NCBI RefSeq assembly: GCF_963921235.1
Contig: NC_086108.1
Coordinates: 55,120,001 to 55,184,000 of the forward strand
DNA: 64,000 nucleotides
Direction: 5' to 3'
DNA from: Mobula hypostoma
Lineage: Eukaryota
A model generated the notes under the pieces. The model was not told the origin of the DNA and ran no database searches. It was given only the letters and a program-made list of their open reading frames with translations. Position 1 is the stretch's first letter. Each line of letters opens with the position of its first letter. The position numbers and the translations under genes were made by a program. Of the stretch, positions 23,608 through 36,899 are shown piece by piece.

Positions 23608-25500
23608 AAGACCATAAGGTACAGGAGCAGAATTAGGCCATTTGGTCCATCAAGTCTGCTCCACCATTTCATCATGGCTGATCCAATTTTCCTCTCAGCC
23701 CCAATCTCCTGCATTCCCCCCATATCCCTTAATTCCCCAACCAATCGAGAATCTCCCTGGCTAAAAAAAGTTCTTCCTCATCTCCACTCTAAAAGGATGC
23801 CCCTCTATTCTGAGTCTGTGTCCTATTGTCTTAGACTCTGCCACCATAGGAAACATTCTCCCCACATCCAGTCTATCAAGGCCTTTCACCATTCAATAGA
23901 TTTCAATGCGGTCACCCCTTATTCTTCTGAATTCTCATGTTTTCAGGGCCAGAGCCATTAAACGCTCTTCATATGACAACCCACTCAATCCTGGAACCAT
24001 TTTCGTGAACCTCCTTTGAACACTCTCCAGTTTCAGCACACCCTTTCTAAGATAAGGGACCCAAAACTGTTCACAATACTCTGAGTGAGGCCTCACTAAT
24101 GCCTTCTAAAGTTTCAATATTACATCCTTACTTTTATATCCTAGTCCTCTTGAAACGAATGCTAACATTGCATTTGCCTTCCTCACTACTGACTCATTCT
24201 GCAAATTAATCTTTAGGGAATGCTGCACAAGGATTCCCAAGCCCCTTTCTGTCTCAGTTTTTTGTATTTTCTCTCCACTGAGAAAATAGTCAGCCCTTTC
24301 ATTTCTTTAACCAAAGTGCATGAACATACATTTCCCGACACTGTGTTCTATTTGCCAATTCTTCACCCATTCTCCTAATCTAAGTCCTTCTACAGCTTCT
24401 CTTCTTCCTCAAAACTACCTGCCCCTCCACCCATGTTGATATTGTCTGCAAACTTTGTAACAAACCCATCAATTCCATCATCCAAATCATTGACATATAA
24501 TGACAACAGAGACACATGTGGAACACCACTAGTTATCGATAGCCGACTGGAAAAGGCTTGCTTTATTCCCACTCTTTGCCTCCTGCCAATCAGCCACTGT
24601 TTTATCCATGCTAGAATCTTTCCTGTAATACCATGGCTTTGAAGCTTGTTAAGCAGCCTCATGTGTGGCACCTTGTCAAAGGCCTTCTGAAAATCCAAGT
24701 ACACAGCATCAAATGGTTCTCCTTTGTCTAACCTGTTTGTTATTTCTTCAAAGAATTCCAACAGATTTGTCAGGCAAGATTTGCCCTTAAGGAAATAATG
24801 CTGACTGCAGCCTATTTTATCATGTGCCTCCAGTACCCTGAGACCTCATCCTTAATACTGACTCCAACATCTTCCCAGCCACTGATGTCAGACTAACTAT
24901 AGTTTACTTTCTTCTGCCTCTCTCCCTTCTTGAAGAGTGGAGTGGTATTTGCAATTTTCCAGTGTTCTGGAACCATTCCAGAATCTAGGATTCTTCAAAG
25001 ATGATTACTAATGCCTCCATGAGGAGTATGACACTTGACATGTATACGAATGATGTAAGATATAAAGTCAATTCAATTCAATGACACTTACGTCATTCCC
25101 GCCAATCTGCAACAGTGCTGTAAGTTCATCTACCTTGTTCCGCACACTGCGTGTATTCAGATACAACACATTCAGTTCTGTATACCCCCTTTTCAGTTTT
25201 GTACACCTTTTACATTGCAACTCACCCAGTTGACTGCAACTTTGCTGCATCAACAGCCTCTCCTCTCTACATGTTGCTGCTGTTCGTAAACCAGCTGCCT
25301 CATCTTCAGCACTATTATCTGCCTTTCCTTTGATACTTCTTGTATTTAAATATAGGCAGCTCAGGACACTAGTTGCACCATGCTAAATCTATTGATTCCT
25401 TACTTTGTCTGAGGTCTTGACAATATCTGCCTCAACAACCTCTCCACCAACTGTCCCACAACCCTCATCTAAATCCCACCGTGTAGCATTAACAATACTC
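23608..25500 (-). mobile_element. CR1 LINE, decayed
   Basis: ORF 24390-24761 (YLDFQKAFDKVPH, GVPH, FADN). EN start (LYLNTRSVRNKVDEL) at about 25068-25253. Confidence 0.88.
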
Positions 25501-27213
25501 AGCATTGATCTGCTGAATACTTCCAGAACATTCTGTTTTTACTTCATGTTGAATTGGAAATGTGCTGATCAGGGAAGTTCTCCAAAGTGTATTGCAGAAT
25601 ATTACTTTCTCTTCCTGTCCATTACTATATTAAGAAAGTTGGATTCCCTCCACTTTTTCAATGTTTGGTGGTTTTTGCATTCAATTTAATTAACCTGCAA
25701 ATTTGCTTTCTATGTTTCTGAACTGTACGAGAAGGCAAGGATCACAGCTGTTTGTAAATCATGGACTCTGTGCCAGTCTTGAAGTTTTAATCTTCAATCT
25801 TTTCCTCAGGCGGTACACTCGAGGCAATAGTGACTTCCTGTCAGTGTTGTGAACATTTGCTGAGAGGTGAACCTCCTTGCAAATGGAAAGAGATAATTTT
25901 TTTCAGAGTTTTGTCATGGATGTTGATTGTCAGGTGATAATGGGAGCAGATTGGTCGAAAACCTTTGTTTTATGGATGCTTTGGTTGGGCCTGTTCTCTT
26001 ATACTCTTCATTATGAATGAATAATGATGTAGAGTACTCCACATGCTATTTACTGGTAAGGGCAGATTCAGAACATATGAGAAAGTCAAAGAGATGTTTA
26101 CCCTGTTAAACACATAAATTGCTAGTGAGCTGAAGGTATAAAATGGTAAGCAGGAATATGAAGTGGTATTATGATTTTCTGACTTAGAGTGATTCCTGGC
26201 TTAAAATGAAGCATGATTGGACACCCAGCATGATGAGGATAGAGAGAGGAGAAAAAAAGAGGGATTGTCGGAATTGATTTAAGAAATATTTACAGTGGTG
26301 GAAAGAGAGAATATTTTCTGGTGGTGTGGAGGATTTAAAACCTTCTGTTTCAAGGATCAAGAAGGATGCCTTTGTTTAATTTGGGTTCATTCTACAGATA
26401 GCCACATAATGGCTGAAAGATGGAAGAGTGAGTTGTAGGGAATTACTGTTTGAGTAGAAGGTTGCTGTAGATAACTGGGAACTTCAGCTACCCTGATATT
26501 GATTGAACTAATATCAGAGCATAGGATAAATAATGAGGAAGAATTCAGAATCCGAACAGCAAATTCCTGCCACAATGAGGAAGGAGGCATTGCTAGATTT
26601 GGTTCAGAAGTCGAGCAAATGTTCATGGTGGAGCACTAAGGGTGTTGTGATCTTTGAACCGTTACGTTTGGTTTAGTAATGGAAAATGTTATGCAGCTGT
26701 CAAATGTGCAGTTCTAATTTAGTGTTCATGATTAATTTGAATCAACACTGACAGGGAAAGCTGAAATAGAACAGTTGGTAGATTTGAAAAGGAAATGGTC
26801 TGGATCCTGGACATTCCCGGTAATGAAGTGCAGAGGTCCTTGGCTGATAAAAGAGATAGAAAGGAGGAGGATGTGTAAAAGGCAGATATGTCACTCATAA
26901 CAGTCTAATAACACAAGTGAGTTAAAGAGTGAATGTAGAGTGCTCAGAGAGGAAGTGAAAAAGGAAATGAAATCAAAGAGAATTGGAGAATGCCTTGCAG
27001 GAAACATGAAAGAACAAACAAAAGTATATAAATAGTAAATGGGTAAGGTTAGGAGGGATGGGTTAGGTTAGAGTCTAAAAAGATCTATGATTGGCACAGA
27101 AGCAATGAGTGAAATACTTAATGTATATGTTTAATGTGGATCTACCAAGGAAAATGCTGCCAAGACATCAAAAAAGATAGGCAGCAGAATTAAAACCAAG
27201 AACCAAAAAATGG

Positions 27214-27900
27214 TTAGGTTAGATTAGATTAGATTAGATTATGAGGACACTCAGTCCTCGCTTATTGTCATTTAGAAATGCATGCATTAAAAAATGATAC
27301 AATTTTCCTCCAGAATGTTATCACAAGAAACACAGGACAAACCAAGACTAAAACTGACAAAATCATACAATTATAACATATAGTTAAAACAGTGCAAAGC
27401 AATACCGTAATTTGATAAAGAGCAGACCATGGGCATAGTAAAAAAAAGTCTCGAAGTCCCAATAGCCTCATCATCTCATACAGATGGTAGAAGGGAGGAA
27501 CTCTCCCTGCCATGAACCTCCAAGCACCGCAAACTTGCCGATACATTGGAAGCACCCGACTACAGCGGACTCTGAGTCTGTCCTAAAACCTCGAGCCTCC
27601 GACCAGCCCTTCGACACTGAGCACTGAGCAGCATCCTCTGCTGAGCGCTTCAACCCCGCCCCGGCCGCCGAGCAACAAGCAAAGCTGAGGACTCGGGGCC
27701 TTCCCCTCTGGAGATTCTGGACCACACAGTAGCAGCAGCAGCGAAGCAGGCATTTCAGAAGTTTCACCAGATGTTCCTCCGTGCTCTCACGTCCGTCTCC
27801 ATCAAATCAGGATTGTGCACGGCACCCTACTTGATAAATAACAGACATCACCACCGGAGTGGCCGCTGCCAGCTGCGTCGCACCGCCATCTTCTCTCCTG
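27214..27900 (-). mobile_element. Non-autonomous retroposon with a (TCTAA)n tail (family A, copy 1)
   Basis: (TTAGA)n at about 27219-27241. The 5' end reads GAGAAGATGGCGG on minus. Both ends are homologous to 57366-57980. Confidence 0.75.
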
Positions 27901-28029
27901 GAATGGTGAGTTTAATCTTAGTATCAGAGGGAAAAAAATTTAATTGTTACAAAGAAGTCTGATTTGATAAAGCATCTAAACATTGATTTTTCAAAGGCAA
28001 GTTTTGTTTGGCTGATTTTTTATTTTTTA

Positions 28030-28235
28030 TTTATTGATGCCACCCAGCAATCTGCCAATTTTATCTGAGCCTAATCCCGGGACAATTTACAAAGACCAAT
28101 TAACTACCAACCTGTACGTCTTTGGACTGTGGGAGGAAACTGAAGCACCTGGAGGAAACAGGGAGAACATGCAAACCCCTTACAGGCCATGGTGAGAAAT
28201 CTGGGTTGTCTGTACTGTAAGGCATTGTGCTAACC
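28030..28235 (-). mobile_element. V-SINE (HE1-like) remnant
   Basis: V-domain-like TTTGGACTGTGGGAGGAAACTGAAGCACCTGGAGGAAAC...GGGAGAACATGCAAAC. Confidence 0.7.
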
Positions 28236-28309
28236 TCTAGTCTAGTCTGGCCTGGGTTTTATGAAGATGTTTGATGTGATAACAACAGGGTTGATGAAGA
28301 CAATGCAAT

Positions 28310-28506
28310 GGGCTCCTACCCACGTGGCTTCACCTATCAACTTCTAGCTATCTTCCTTCCCCTCCCCCCACCTTTTTATTCTGGCATCTTCCCCCTTCCT
28401 TTCCAGTCCTGAAGAAGGGTCTCAGCCCAAAATGACGACTGTTTATTCACTTCCATAGATGTTGCCTGACCTGCTGAGTTCCTCCAGCATTTTGTGCGTG
28501 TTGTTA
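28310..28506 (+). mobile_element. Penelope-like 3' end with a degenerate hammerhead motif
   Basis: CCTGAAGAAGGGTCTCAGCCCAAAATGACGACTG...GCCTGACCTGCTGAGTTCCTCCAGCATTTTGTG. Confidence 0.75.
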
Positions 28507-28974
28507 TATTGCTGAATTTTCAGAAGGCAGTTTATATGGTTCAGAATTAAACGCTGTTTAGCAAAGTTGAAGCTCAAAGAATGAAAGGGTTAGCTACTGC
28601 ACGAATAAGAAATTAGCTCAGGGACAGGATATACGATCATGATAAATGGTCGCTCTTCGGACTGAAGTAATTTAGATGCTGACATTTGTCATGGTTGGGC
28701 ACTGTTCTCTCATTTTTTAGATATATTATTTACTGTCATGAGTACACAAAACAATATTTCCATATTTGTCAAAGATACAAATTTTAGAAGTATAGTAAAC
28801 TGTGAGGAGGATAGTAGTAAATGTGAAGAGAACATAGATTAGCTGGGGAATAGGCAATGATATGAGGTTGAAATTTAACGCCAAGAAGTCTGAATTGATA
28901 TATTAGGAGAGACACACTAGATTAAATGCTACAGTTCTTAAAGGGGTACAAAAATAGCAAGTCCTGGATGACAA

Positions 28975-31620
28975 ATCAAGTTCAAGTTTATTGTCATTCA
29001 ACCCTATATGTGTATACTGCCAAATGAAACAATGTTCCCCAGACCAAGGTCACAACACAATACATACTGTATAACTCACACACAGAACATGAAGTAATAT
29101 TACCATAAATAAATTAACAAATAATAATGTGGATTTACAACACAAGTTAAAAAGTGAAAAAATATGACCCTACTGCCACTTCATACATGGTCAGATCTGT
29201 GTCATGGCAGGGAGTTCAGTTGTCTCATGGCCCGGGGGAAAAAGCTGTTTTCCATTCTATCAGCCCTTGTCTGAATGCAACAGTACCTCCTGTCTATTGG
29301 TAGATGGACAAAGAGATTATTGGATAGATAGGAGGGATCATTGACAATGCTAAGAGCCCCGCATACAGGGCTCCTGGTACATATCTCAGATGGGTGGAAA
29401 AGAGACCCTGATGATTCTCTCAGTGGTCCTTGCAAGCCTTTGTAGGGTCTCACAATCAGATGCCTTGCAATTCCTGTTCCAGATGGTAGTGGTGCTCCTG
29501 TAAAAACTGCTTAAAATTGTGGGCGAGGGGAGCCTTGCTCAGGAAGTGGAGATGCTGCTGTGCTTTCTTGACTAATGCGGTAGTGTTGAGGGACCAGGTG
29601 AGATCATCAATTATGTGCACTCCCAGAAACTTGGTGCTCTTAACTCTCTCTGGGGAGGAGCAGCTTATGTGCAGTGAGGAGTGATCAGCCTGCACCTTCC
29701 TAAAGTCCACAATCATCTCTTTAGCCTTGTCCACATTGAGTCCCAATTTGCTGTGCTCACACCATTCGATTAGCCTTTCTAGCTCCTCTCTGTATGCCAT
29801 TCGTCACTGTTGTTGATGAGGCCAGCTGCTGTTGTGTTATCAATGAATTTGATGGATTGGTTTGAACTGGATCTCGTGGTTCAGTCATGCATCAGCAGTG
29901 TGAATGGTAGTAGGCTGAGCACGCAGACCTAGGGACACCAGTGCTCATTGCGAAGTAGCTGGAGATGTTGCTGCCAACACAGATCGACTGTTCTCTTTCT
30001 ATCAAGAAGTCCAAGATCCAGGTAGAGAGAGAGAGGTGCTGTGATCCAACAAGGACAGTCTACCCACCAGCTTCCGAGGGATGATGATATTAAATGCTGA
30101 ACTGAAGTCAATAAACAGCATCCTGGCATATGTGGCATTATTTTCCAAGCGGACAGGATGAAGTGGAGTCAAAGGCTATGGAATTATCAGTGGACCAGTG
30201 GACCAGTTTGGGAGATAAGCAGGAAGAAGGGATTTAATACGACCTATAATCAGCTGCTCAAAGCACTTCACTATTGTTGAGGTCAGTGCCACTACATGGT
30301 AGTTAATAAGGCCAGTTACTGTCTCCCACTTGGGCACCAGGATGATGGTGACTGTCTGCGGTGACAGTGGATGGACTGTTCTAGAGAGACGTTGAAGATG
30401 TCCGTTAGAACCTCTGGTAACTGGGTTGTACAGTCCTCCAGCACCCGACCAGGTGTGTTATCAGGCCCTGCAGCTTTACATCGATTGAGCCTGGCTAGGG
30501 TCTTACGCATGTCAGCTGTGGCCAGACAGAGTGCCTGCTCCTTGGGGAAAGGGGGGGCCTTCCTCTCTGGCACATCATTCCAAGCATCAAACCTTGTGTA
30601 AAAGACATTCTCACTGAACAAGAATGGAAGAAAGGCATTGATGTGTCATCCATTATTGTCTGAATACCCTGCCACGTGCGTCTCGTGTCTCTGGTGTAAC
30701 AGAGATTGCTGTATATTCTCTATGAATAACCCCAGTTTGCTTTCCTGATTGTGTGGGAGGGTGCAGCTCTTGCTGACCTGAGACTCCCAGATCTGAAGGC
30801 AGCATCCCAGTCTCTCAGCACTGCCCGGACCTCTGCTGTCAGCCATGGGTTCTGATTTGCCCTCACCGAGAAGTGTTTAATAACGGTGACATCCTGAATG
30901 CACTTCTGTATGTTGCCAGTCACAGATCTCACATATTCATCAATGTTAATGTGATTGTCGTAGGTAGCTGCCTCCCTGAACGTGCTCCAGTCCGTGTTTT
31001 CAAAACAGCCCTGTAATGCTGAGGCTGCTCTTTCTGGCCTGGTCTTCATCTCCCTTTGAACTGGTTTGACTCAGCAGTGGTCTTTCTGCAGGAATTAGCA
31101 TGACAGATAAGCGGTCAGATTATCCAAAGCGGGGGTGAGAAGCAGCACAGATGTTGGTATAAACCAGGTCTAATGTGTTCTCACGTCTGGTAGCAGTCAA
31201 CCTGCTGATGGAATTTATGCAGGACTGTTTTTAAGTTAGCATGACTGAAGTCACCAGCAACAACAGAGAAACCATTGGGATATGTGGGTAGGAGGTCACT
31301 GTGAAGCTCATGTAGTGTTTCCCCAACATTTGCATGGGGGTGGGCGCACGTGATGTATACAACTACAATTGCAATGACAGTGAACTCCCTCGGTAAATAG
31401 AAGGGCCTGCACTTCATTATTAAAACTCTACCAGAGGTGAACAGTGGCTCATTTCTACTGAAGCGTTCACACCCCAGTTTTTATTAACGTACATTCAGTC
31501 CTCCTCCGCAGGTTTCAATAGAGGCCGTGAGACAAAACCCTCTTTGCTGGATGGTCATTTCAGGGGTGGTATCCTGGAGCCATGTTTCCATCAGGATGAG
31601 GGTACAGTTGTCCTTTATCT
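28975..31620 (-). mobile_element. Rex1/Babar LINE, near-complete decayed EN+RT
   Basis: EN motifs (LILMETWL, CRPFYLPREF, VAGDF) and RT motifs (KAAGPDNTPGRVL, LNVDKAKEMIVDFRK, KFLGVHI, SFFPRAMR). (TTCAAG)-type tail at about 28975. Confidence 0.9.
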
Positions 31621-32169
31621 CACACTGATTCGATTTTTGATTATGAAAAGGCAGGTTTACAAACACCACAAAAAACATAAAACCTTCATAATGGGTTACA
31701 AAATAATGGAAATGTTGAATCTTTATAATGTGAAGTACTGTATCCATTTCTGATCATTAAACATTCTGAAGGATATCAAGTGGATTTGCTGGATATGTTT
31801 CTCCTGATTCCACAGGGAATGTTGAGCCATACCCTGGTATTGATCCATATGTGCCATATTCCCATGAGACAATATTGAGAGAATATACCAACAGCTATTT
31901 TTGATATCTGTATACTGTCGGAAGGGGGCCTCTGCATCAAACAATTTCTCCGACTTCCGATTATGAAAAGTAAGGTCCAAGTCTTCAGATGGCAATGTAC
32001 TACTGCTGTAAAGCATCAAATTTCATGCCACATAAGATCATGATGATAAACTTAATTCTGATCCTGATTTATCCTAGAGTTAGAATTAGGCTCATGAACA
32101 AAAAAAACACTTTAAAAGAATGGGGGTAGGGGGGAATTATTGGAAAAAAAGTGACACCTTGGGAATCAA

Positions 32170-32309
32170 AAACACATAAATTATAACATACAAATATAAT
32201 CTGATACTACATTACCACAGGTTGGTCAGCTTTCAACAAACACGTAAATTATAACATACAAATATAATCTGATACTACATTACCACAGGTTGGTCGGCTT
32301 TCAACAAAC
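32170..32309. repeat. 68-bp tandem duplication, 2 copies with 2 mismatches
   Basis: AAACAC(A/G)TAAATTATAACATACAAATATAATCTGATACTACATTACCACAGGTTGGTC(A/G)GCTTTCAAC at 32170 and 32238. Confidence 0.95.
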
Positions 32310-32334
32310 TAAGTGGCCATGTATTTAAGTCTGA

Positions 32335-32570
32335 GGTCCTCTGTTGCCGGGGTCAACTATGGGTGTTGCATCCTGGCTGTCATGCGCAAGCCAGGGCAGG
32401 ACCATATGCAAAGCAAGCTGTTGCCCATGCAGCAGGCTCCCCTTCTCCATGCAGTTGATGAATCCAAAGAAAAGGCAGAGACCAATACAGTTTGGCACAG
32501 TAGTTGCCAGTCAATGTTGAACTCAACGTAGGTCTGCCTTAGGGACGCTAGAGCCAGACTTTTCCTTGGA
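32335..32570 (-). mobile_element. Fragment resembling an RTE 5' UTR or RTE-derived SINE
   Basis: GCAGCAGGCTCCCCTTCTCCATGCAGTTGATGAATCCAAAG...GCAGAGACCAATACAGTTTGGCAC resembles the reverse strand of vertebrate RTE 5' regions, recognised from memory. Confidence 0.5.
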
Positions 32571-32984
32571 TTTAAGCAGTCTTGTCCTTAACGTACAATA
32601 ATTCTATATTCAAATTTAATTGTAGTTTATTGTTCAAAATCCATTCATTTTTATATTTGTATGTTCTGCACAATATTTCTTAAATTTTACCCAAGTTTAA
32701 TGTCCTGTCCTCCATTCCTTCTTATTAGTATCAAGTGAAAACTCAAGCTCAAAAAATTGGTTAATATCCATAAAGTTTGATGAATTCAGTCAATGGCATT
32801 GTAGGTTGTAGCTGTTTGAAAATACTACTTTGTTTCTATGTAAGCTTGTTTCCTGGAATGATAAAAGACTGTTTCCCTCCTCTGCTTCTTTTGCCTTTGA
32901 GGTACATTTCTAAATATGGCTTTGCAAATGTTTCCTAATGATAAACAATAAGTTGTTCCCTGATTAATTTTCTTGAGGTTCCAT

Positions 32985-33530
32985 AAAACACAGAACAGCA
33001 CACCCCAGCACCAGGCCATTTGATCCACCATGTTGTGCTGAACTAATGAAACTAGTAATCAAAGCCCACTAAACTTGTCCCTTCTCCCTACACAATTGAA
33101 GGGTATGGACACACATTGGCACTCAGCTATCTTGCCATTAACGGTGTACTGTCTCTTTAGATCTGATCTCCAAAAGTGCATCACTTCATATTTTCACTAG
33201 GTTAAACTCCATCTGCCATTTCTCTACCCTATCTACAACTAATTTATATCCTGCTGTATACTTCGGCAGTCTTCAAGGATATTCACAACACCGTCAATCT
33301 TGTATCGTCTTCAAACTTAACCGTCTACATTTTTGTTCTATATATCACCAACAGCAGAGGTCCAGTATGAATCACTGAAGAACACCATCTGTCATAGACA
33401 TTCAGCTGGAATACGTTCCTCTTCCCTCTGTCTTCTGATGGCAAAACAATTCTGAATATAACCCATGCATTTTAATCATCTGGATGAACCTCACATGAAG
33501 ACCTTGTCAAATGCTAACTAAACACCTGTA
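32985..33530 (-). mobile_element. Highly decayed CR1 fragment
   Basis: CR1 3' UTR start, plus reverse complements of KWQMEFN (AACTCCATCTGCCATTT) and FDKV (GACCTTGTCAAATGC). Confidence 0.65.
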
Positions 33531-33571
33531 GTGCAAAGCTCAAAGTGAATTTATTATCAAAGTACATATAC

Positions 33572-33821
33572 GAGAACCCAGCTGGTGGCGCAGTGGCATC
33601 AGCGCCGGACTCCGGAGTGAAGGTTCCCGAGTTCGAATCCAGTCATCCAGCACGCTTTCCATCCATGCCGGTTTGAGTGTCGAGCTTGCAACTCAGCCTC
33701 GTAAAACAAAAACTGCACCGTGACAAAGAACGTGGGAGAATCACTCACAGAATCTTTCCTCCAAGACAACCACTTGAAAAAGTGGTTGCCGAGGCGCTGG
33801 CAGATTATGGCACACAAAAAA
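33572..33821 (+). mobile_element. tRNA-derived SINE with intact Pol III boxes
   Basis: A-box TGGCGCAGTGG at 33586-33596, B-box GAGTTCGAATCC at 33629-33640, A-rich tail, and TSD ACATATAC at 33564-33571 and 33822-33829. Confidence 0.88.
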
Positions 33822-33828
33822 ACATATA

Positions 33829-34118
33829 CAAGGGGTGATTGATAAGATTGTGGCCTAAGGTAGAAGGAGTCAATTTTAGAAAACCTAGCACATTTATTTT
33901 TCCTACATTTACACACTTAGTCCAGCGGTTGTGGAGCATATGGATCCCTTCTTTGTAGAAGTCGGCATCTTGGACCTCCAGAAGTGGTCCACAGCAGGGG
34001 TCATTGGTAAGTCCGTGGTTTAGGGTAGAAGGAGATGAGTAATTAACTTCAAGCTTTCTGCATAATCACTCAAAGAGTTGAACCGCACGTGCATGTAACA
34101 AGAGCTGAGTTATCCCCT
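33829..34118. mobile_element. Mariner-like MITE remnant
   Basis: Starts TA|CAAGGGGTGATTGATAAG...CCTAAGGTAGAAGGAG. The terminal motif is repeated internally at about 33995-34033. The right end is degenerate. Confidence 0.55.
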
Positions 34119-35830
34119 CTGGTTCAAGAGCCTGATGGCTGAGGGATAATAACCGTTCCTGAAGCTGGTGGTGTTTGCCCTAAGGCTTCTGTACCTCCTC
34201 TTATGGCAGCAGCAAGAAAGAGCATGTCCTGGGTGGTGAGGGTTTCTGATGATGACACGCTTCTACCTTTCTACCTCGTTCTACCTTTCCTGTGACAGCA
34301 CTCCATGTAGATGTGCTCATTGGTGGGAAGCACTTCACCCATATGGACTGGGCTGTATCCACTATTATTTTGTAGACTTTTCTGTTCAAGGGCATTGGTG
34401 TTTCCATACCAGGTTGTGATGCAACCAGTCATTATACTCTCCACGACATGTTTATAGAAGTTTGTCAAAGTTTTAGATGACATGTCAAATCTTCTCAAAC
34501 TTCTAAGAAGGTAGAGGCGCTGTAGTGCTTTCTTTGCAAAAGCACTTGCAAGGTGGGCCCAGGACAGATCCTCTGAAATGGTAACACCGATGAATTTAAA
34601 GTTTTTGACTCTCTCCACCTCTGATTCCCCCATTGAGGACTGGCTCATGAACCTCTGTTTTCCTCCTCCTGAAGTCAATAATCAGTTCCTTGGTCTTGCT
34701 GACACTGAGTGAGAGGTTTTTGTTGAGGCCACAGTTTAATTCTCCCTCCCATCTGCTGATTCATCACCACCGTTGATTCCACCAACAACAGTGGTGTCTT
34801 CAGCAAACTTAAGTTTGGCACTTGAGCTGTGCTTAGCCTCACAGTAATAAGTATAAAGTGAGAAGAGCAGGAGTTAACCATACACCTTGTGGTGCCCATG
34901 TGGTGATGGTGATTGTGGAGCAGATGTTGTTGCCATTCCGAACTGACTGGGGTCTGTGTGTGAGGAAATCGAGGATACAGTTGCACAAGGAGCAATTGAG
35001 GCCTGGGTCTTGGAGCTAGGATCTAATGGGGAGACTTTATAAAGCACAGCTGAGGCCTCACATGGAGTATTGTGAGCAGTTTTGGGACCTTTATCTTAGA
35101 AAAGATGTGCTGAAACTGAAAAGGGTTCAAAGAAGGTTCATGAAAATAATTCCAGGATTGAATGGCTAGTCATACGAAGAGCGTTTGATGGCTCTGGGCC
35201 TGGATTCACTGGAATTCAGAAGAACAAGGAGTGACGTAAATGAAACTTATCGATTGGTGAATGATTTTGATAGGATGGATGTGGAGAGGATGTTTCCTAA
35301 AGTGGGAGTGTCTATGACCAGAGGACACAGCTTCAGAATAGCTGGGTGTCCTTTTAGAACAGAGATGAGGAGGAGTTTCTTCAGCTAGGGAGTGGTGAAC
35401 CTGTACACTTCACTGCCACAGATAGCTGTGGAGGCCAAGTCTTTGTGCAAACTTAAGGAAGAGGTTGATAGATTCTTGATTGGTCAGGGCATGAAGTGAT
35501 AGAAGGGAAGGCAGGAGATTGGGGCATGGATCAACCATGATGAAATAGTGAGGCAGACTTGATTGGCCAAATGACCTAATTCTGCTTATGGTCTTATGGT
35601 CTTATTGATTAGTTTTGAGGGGTTGATAATACTGAATGCCAAACTGCAGTCAATGAAAAGCATTCTGAAATATGCATCTTCACTGTCCATGTGTTCCAGC
35701 ATTGAGTGAAGAGCCAAAGAATTGGCATCTTCTTTTGACCTGTTGTGATAGTAGGCAATTAGAACGGATCCAAGTCGCTCCTCAGACAGGAGTTGATATG
35801 TTTCATCAGCAACCTCTAAAAGCACTTCAC
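34119..35830 (-). mobile_element. Rex1/Babar RT fragment, split by a CR1
   Basis: ORFs 34271-34678 (FKFIGVTISEDLSW) and 35586-35825 (MLFIDCSLAFS). Confidence 0.82.
35030..35605 (+). mobile_element. 5'-truncated CR1
   Basis: RPHMEYCEQFW, LEFRR and TRGHSF motifs. Tail (CTTATGGT)n. Confidence 0.85.
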
Positions 35831-35946
35831 AGTATGTAAAAGAAGGTAGGAGGACAGCCAGAAGGTCAGACTTCCTGAAGTGCAGTCTAGGGATGGAACA
35901 GTAGGCACTCCTGATAGTAGTATAACAGTGGTCGAGTGTGTTCTAA

Positions 35947-36888
35947 GGTTCAGAGATTCATTTTATTCTCAAAGTACACATGCACAATACAACTCTAATA
36001 CTCCAGAGAACCATGAAATACAGAAAAACCATGGGAGTTGTTGAAAGAAAGGGCATCCACTACCCTCCGCTGGCATGAAGAAGAAGTAGAAAAGAACCAA
36101 ATCCCCTACCCCTCCCTTGCACAAAAAACTAACAGATCGTCCACACGGAAAATGGCAGCTAGAACATCAAAAACCCCAAACCCCCAATCCCCTCCCTCAC
36201 AAAAAAATGATGGTAACATCAAATCCCCATCCCGCTCCCTTGCAAAAAAATGATAACATCAAATCCCCAACCCCCTCTCTCGCACACAAGAAACTACCAG
36301 ATTGCCCACACAGAAAAACACAAACAAGAACATCATTCCCCAAATCCGCAACTCCTATCCTCTCACAAAAAGTAGCACATCGGCAACAAGAAAGAAAACA
36401 GCGAAATGTGAAAGAGACCAATATAAAGTACAGTCCATGATCACATAAATCTCAGAATACTGAAAACATCCTCTCATCAGCATTTGAGGAGTGTGGCCGC
36501 CTGAACTCAGTCCTTCCGTGAAGAGTAACTGCCATGCCGGGACTGAATGCCCTCGACCCAGCTACCATCCACTATCATCCCTGTGGCCTCCATTGAGGGC
36601 AACCACTGACCTCGATGATGTAATCTTCCTTGACACTTCAGATTGGAGTCATTCATGACCCCGCGCCCTGTCTCTGCTCGTGTTCTTGGTCCTTTCTGGA
36701 CACTGCAGACCGCTAGATCATTCGACTGAATTCTGAACTGCACATTACAGGCTACGACAGTTTTCGTAACACAATCAAGATAAAAAGAACCAGCCGAAGA
36801 CGCAGAGAAAGTGAAATAATTGAAGAGATTGGCTATCTGGAAGATGTTGCCCGAGGAGTTGTTGTTCATTGGTGCCATCTTGATCAAA
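35947..36888 (-). mobile_element. Non-autonomous retroposon with an internal low-complexity repeat
   Basis: Minus 5' end TGATCAAGATGGCACC, the same AAGATGGC start as family A. AATAAA and a TCTGAA-like tail at about 35950-35967. Degenerate CAAATCCCC...CCCTTGCACAAAAAA units at 36098-36370. Confidence 0.55.
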
Positions 36889-36899
36889 AGTGACTAGAA

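Noticed and set aside
25810..25866. Possible plus-strand exon (TTTCCTCAG...GTGAAC)
   Set aside because: Mediocre donor, no recognisable product and no linked exons.
33572..33645. tRNA gene
   Set aside because: It has A and B boxes but no proper acceptor stem, and it continues into a SINE body bounded by a TSD.
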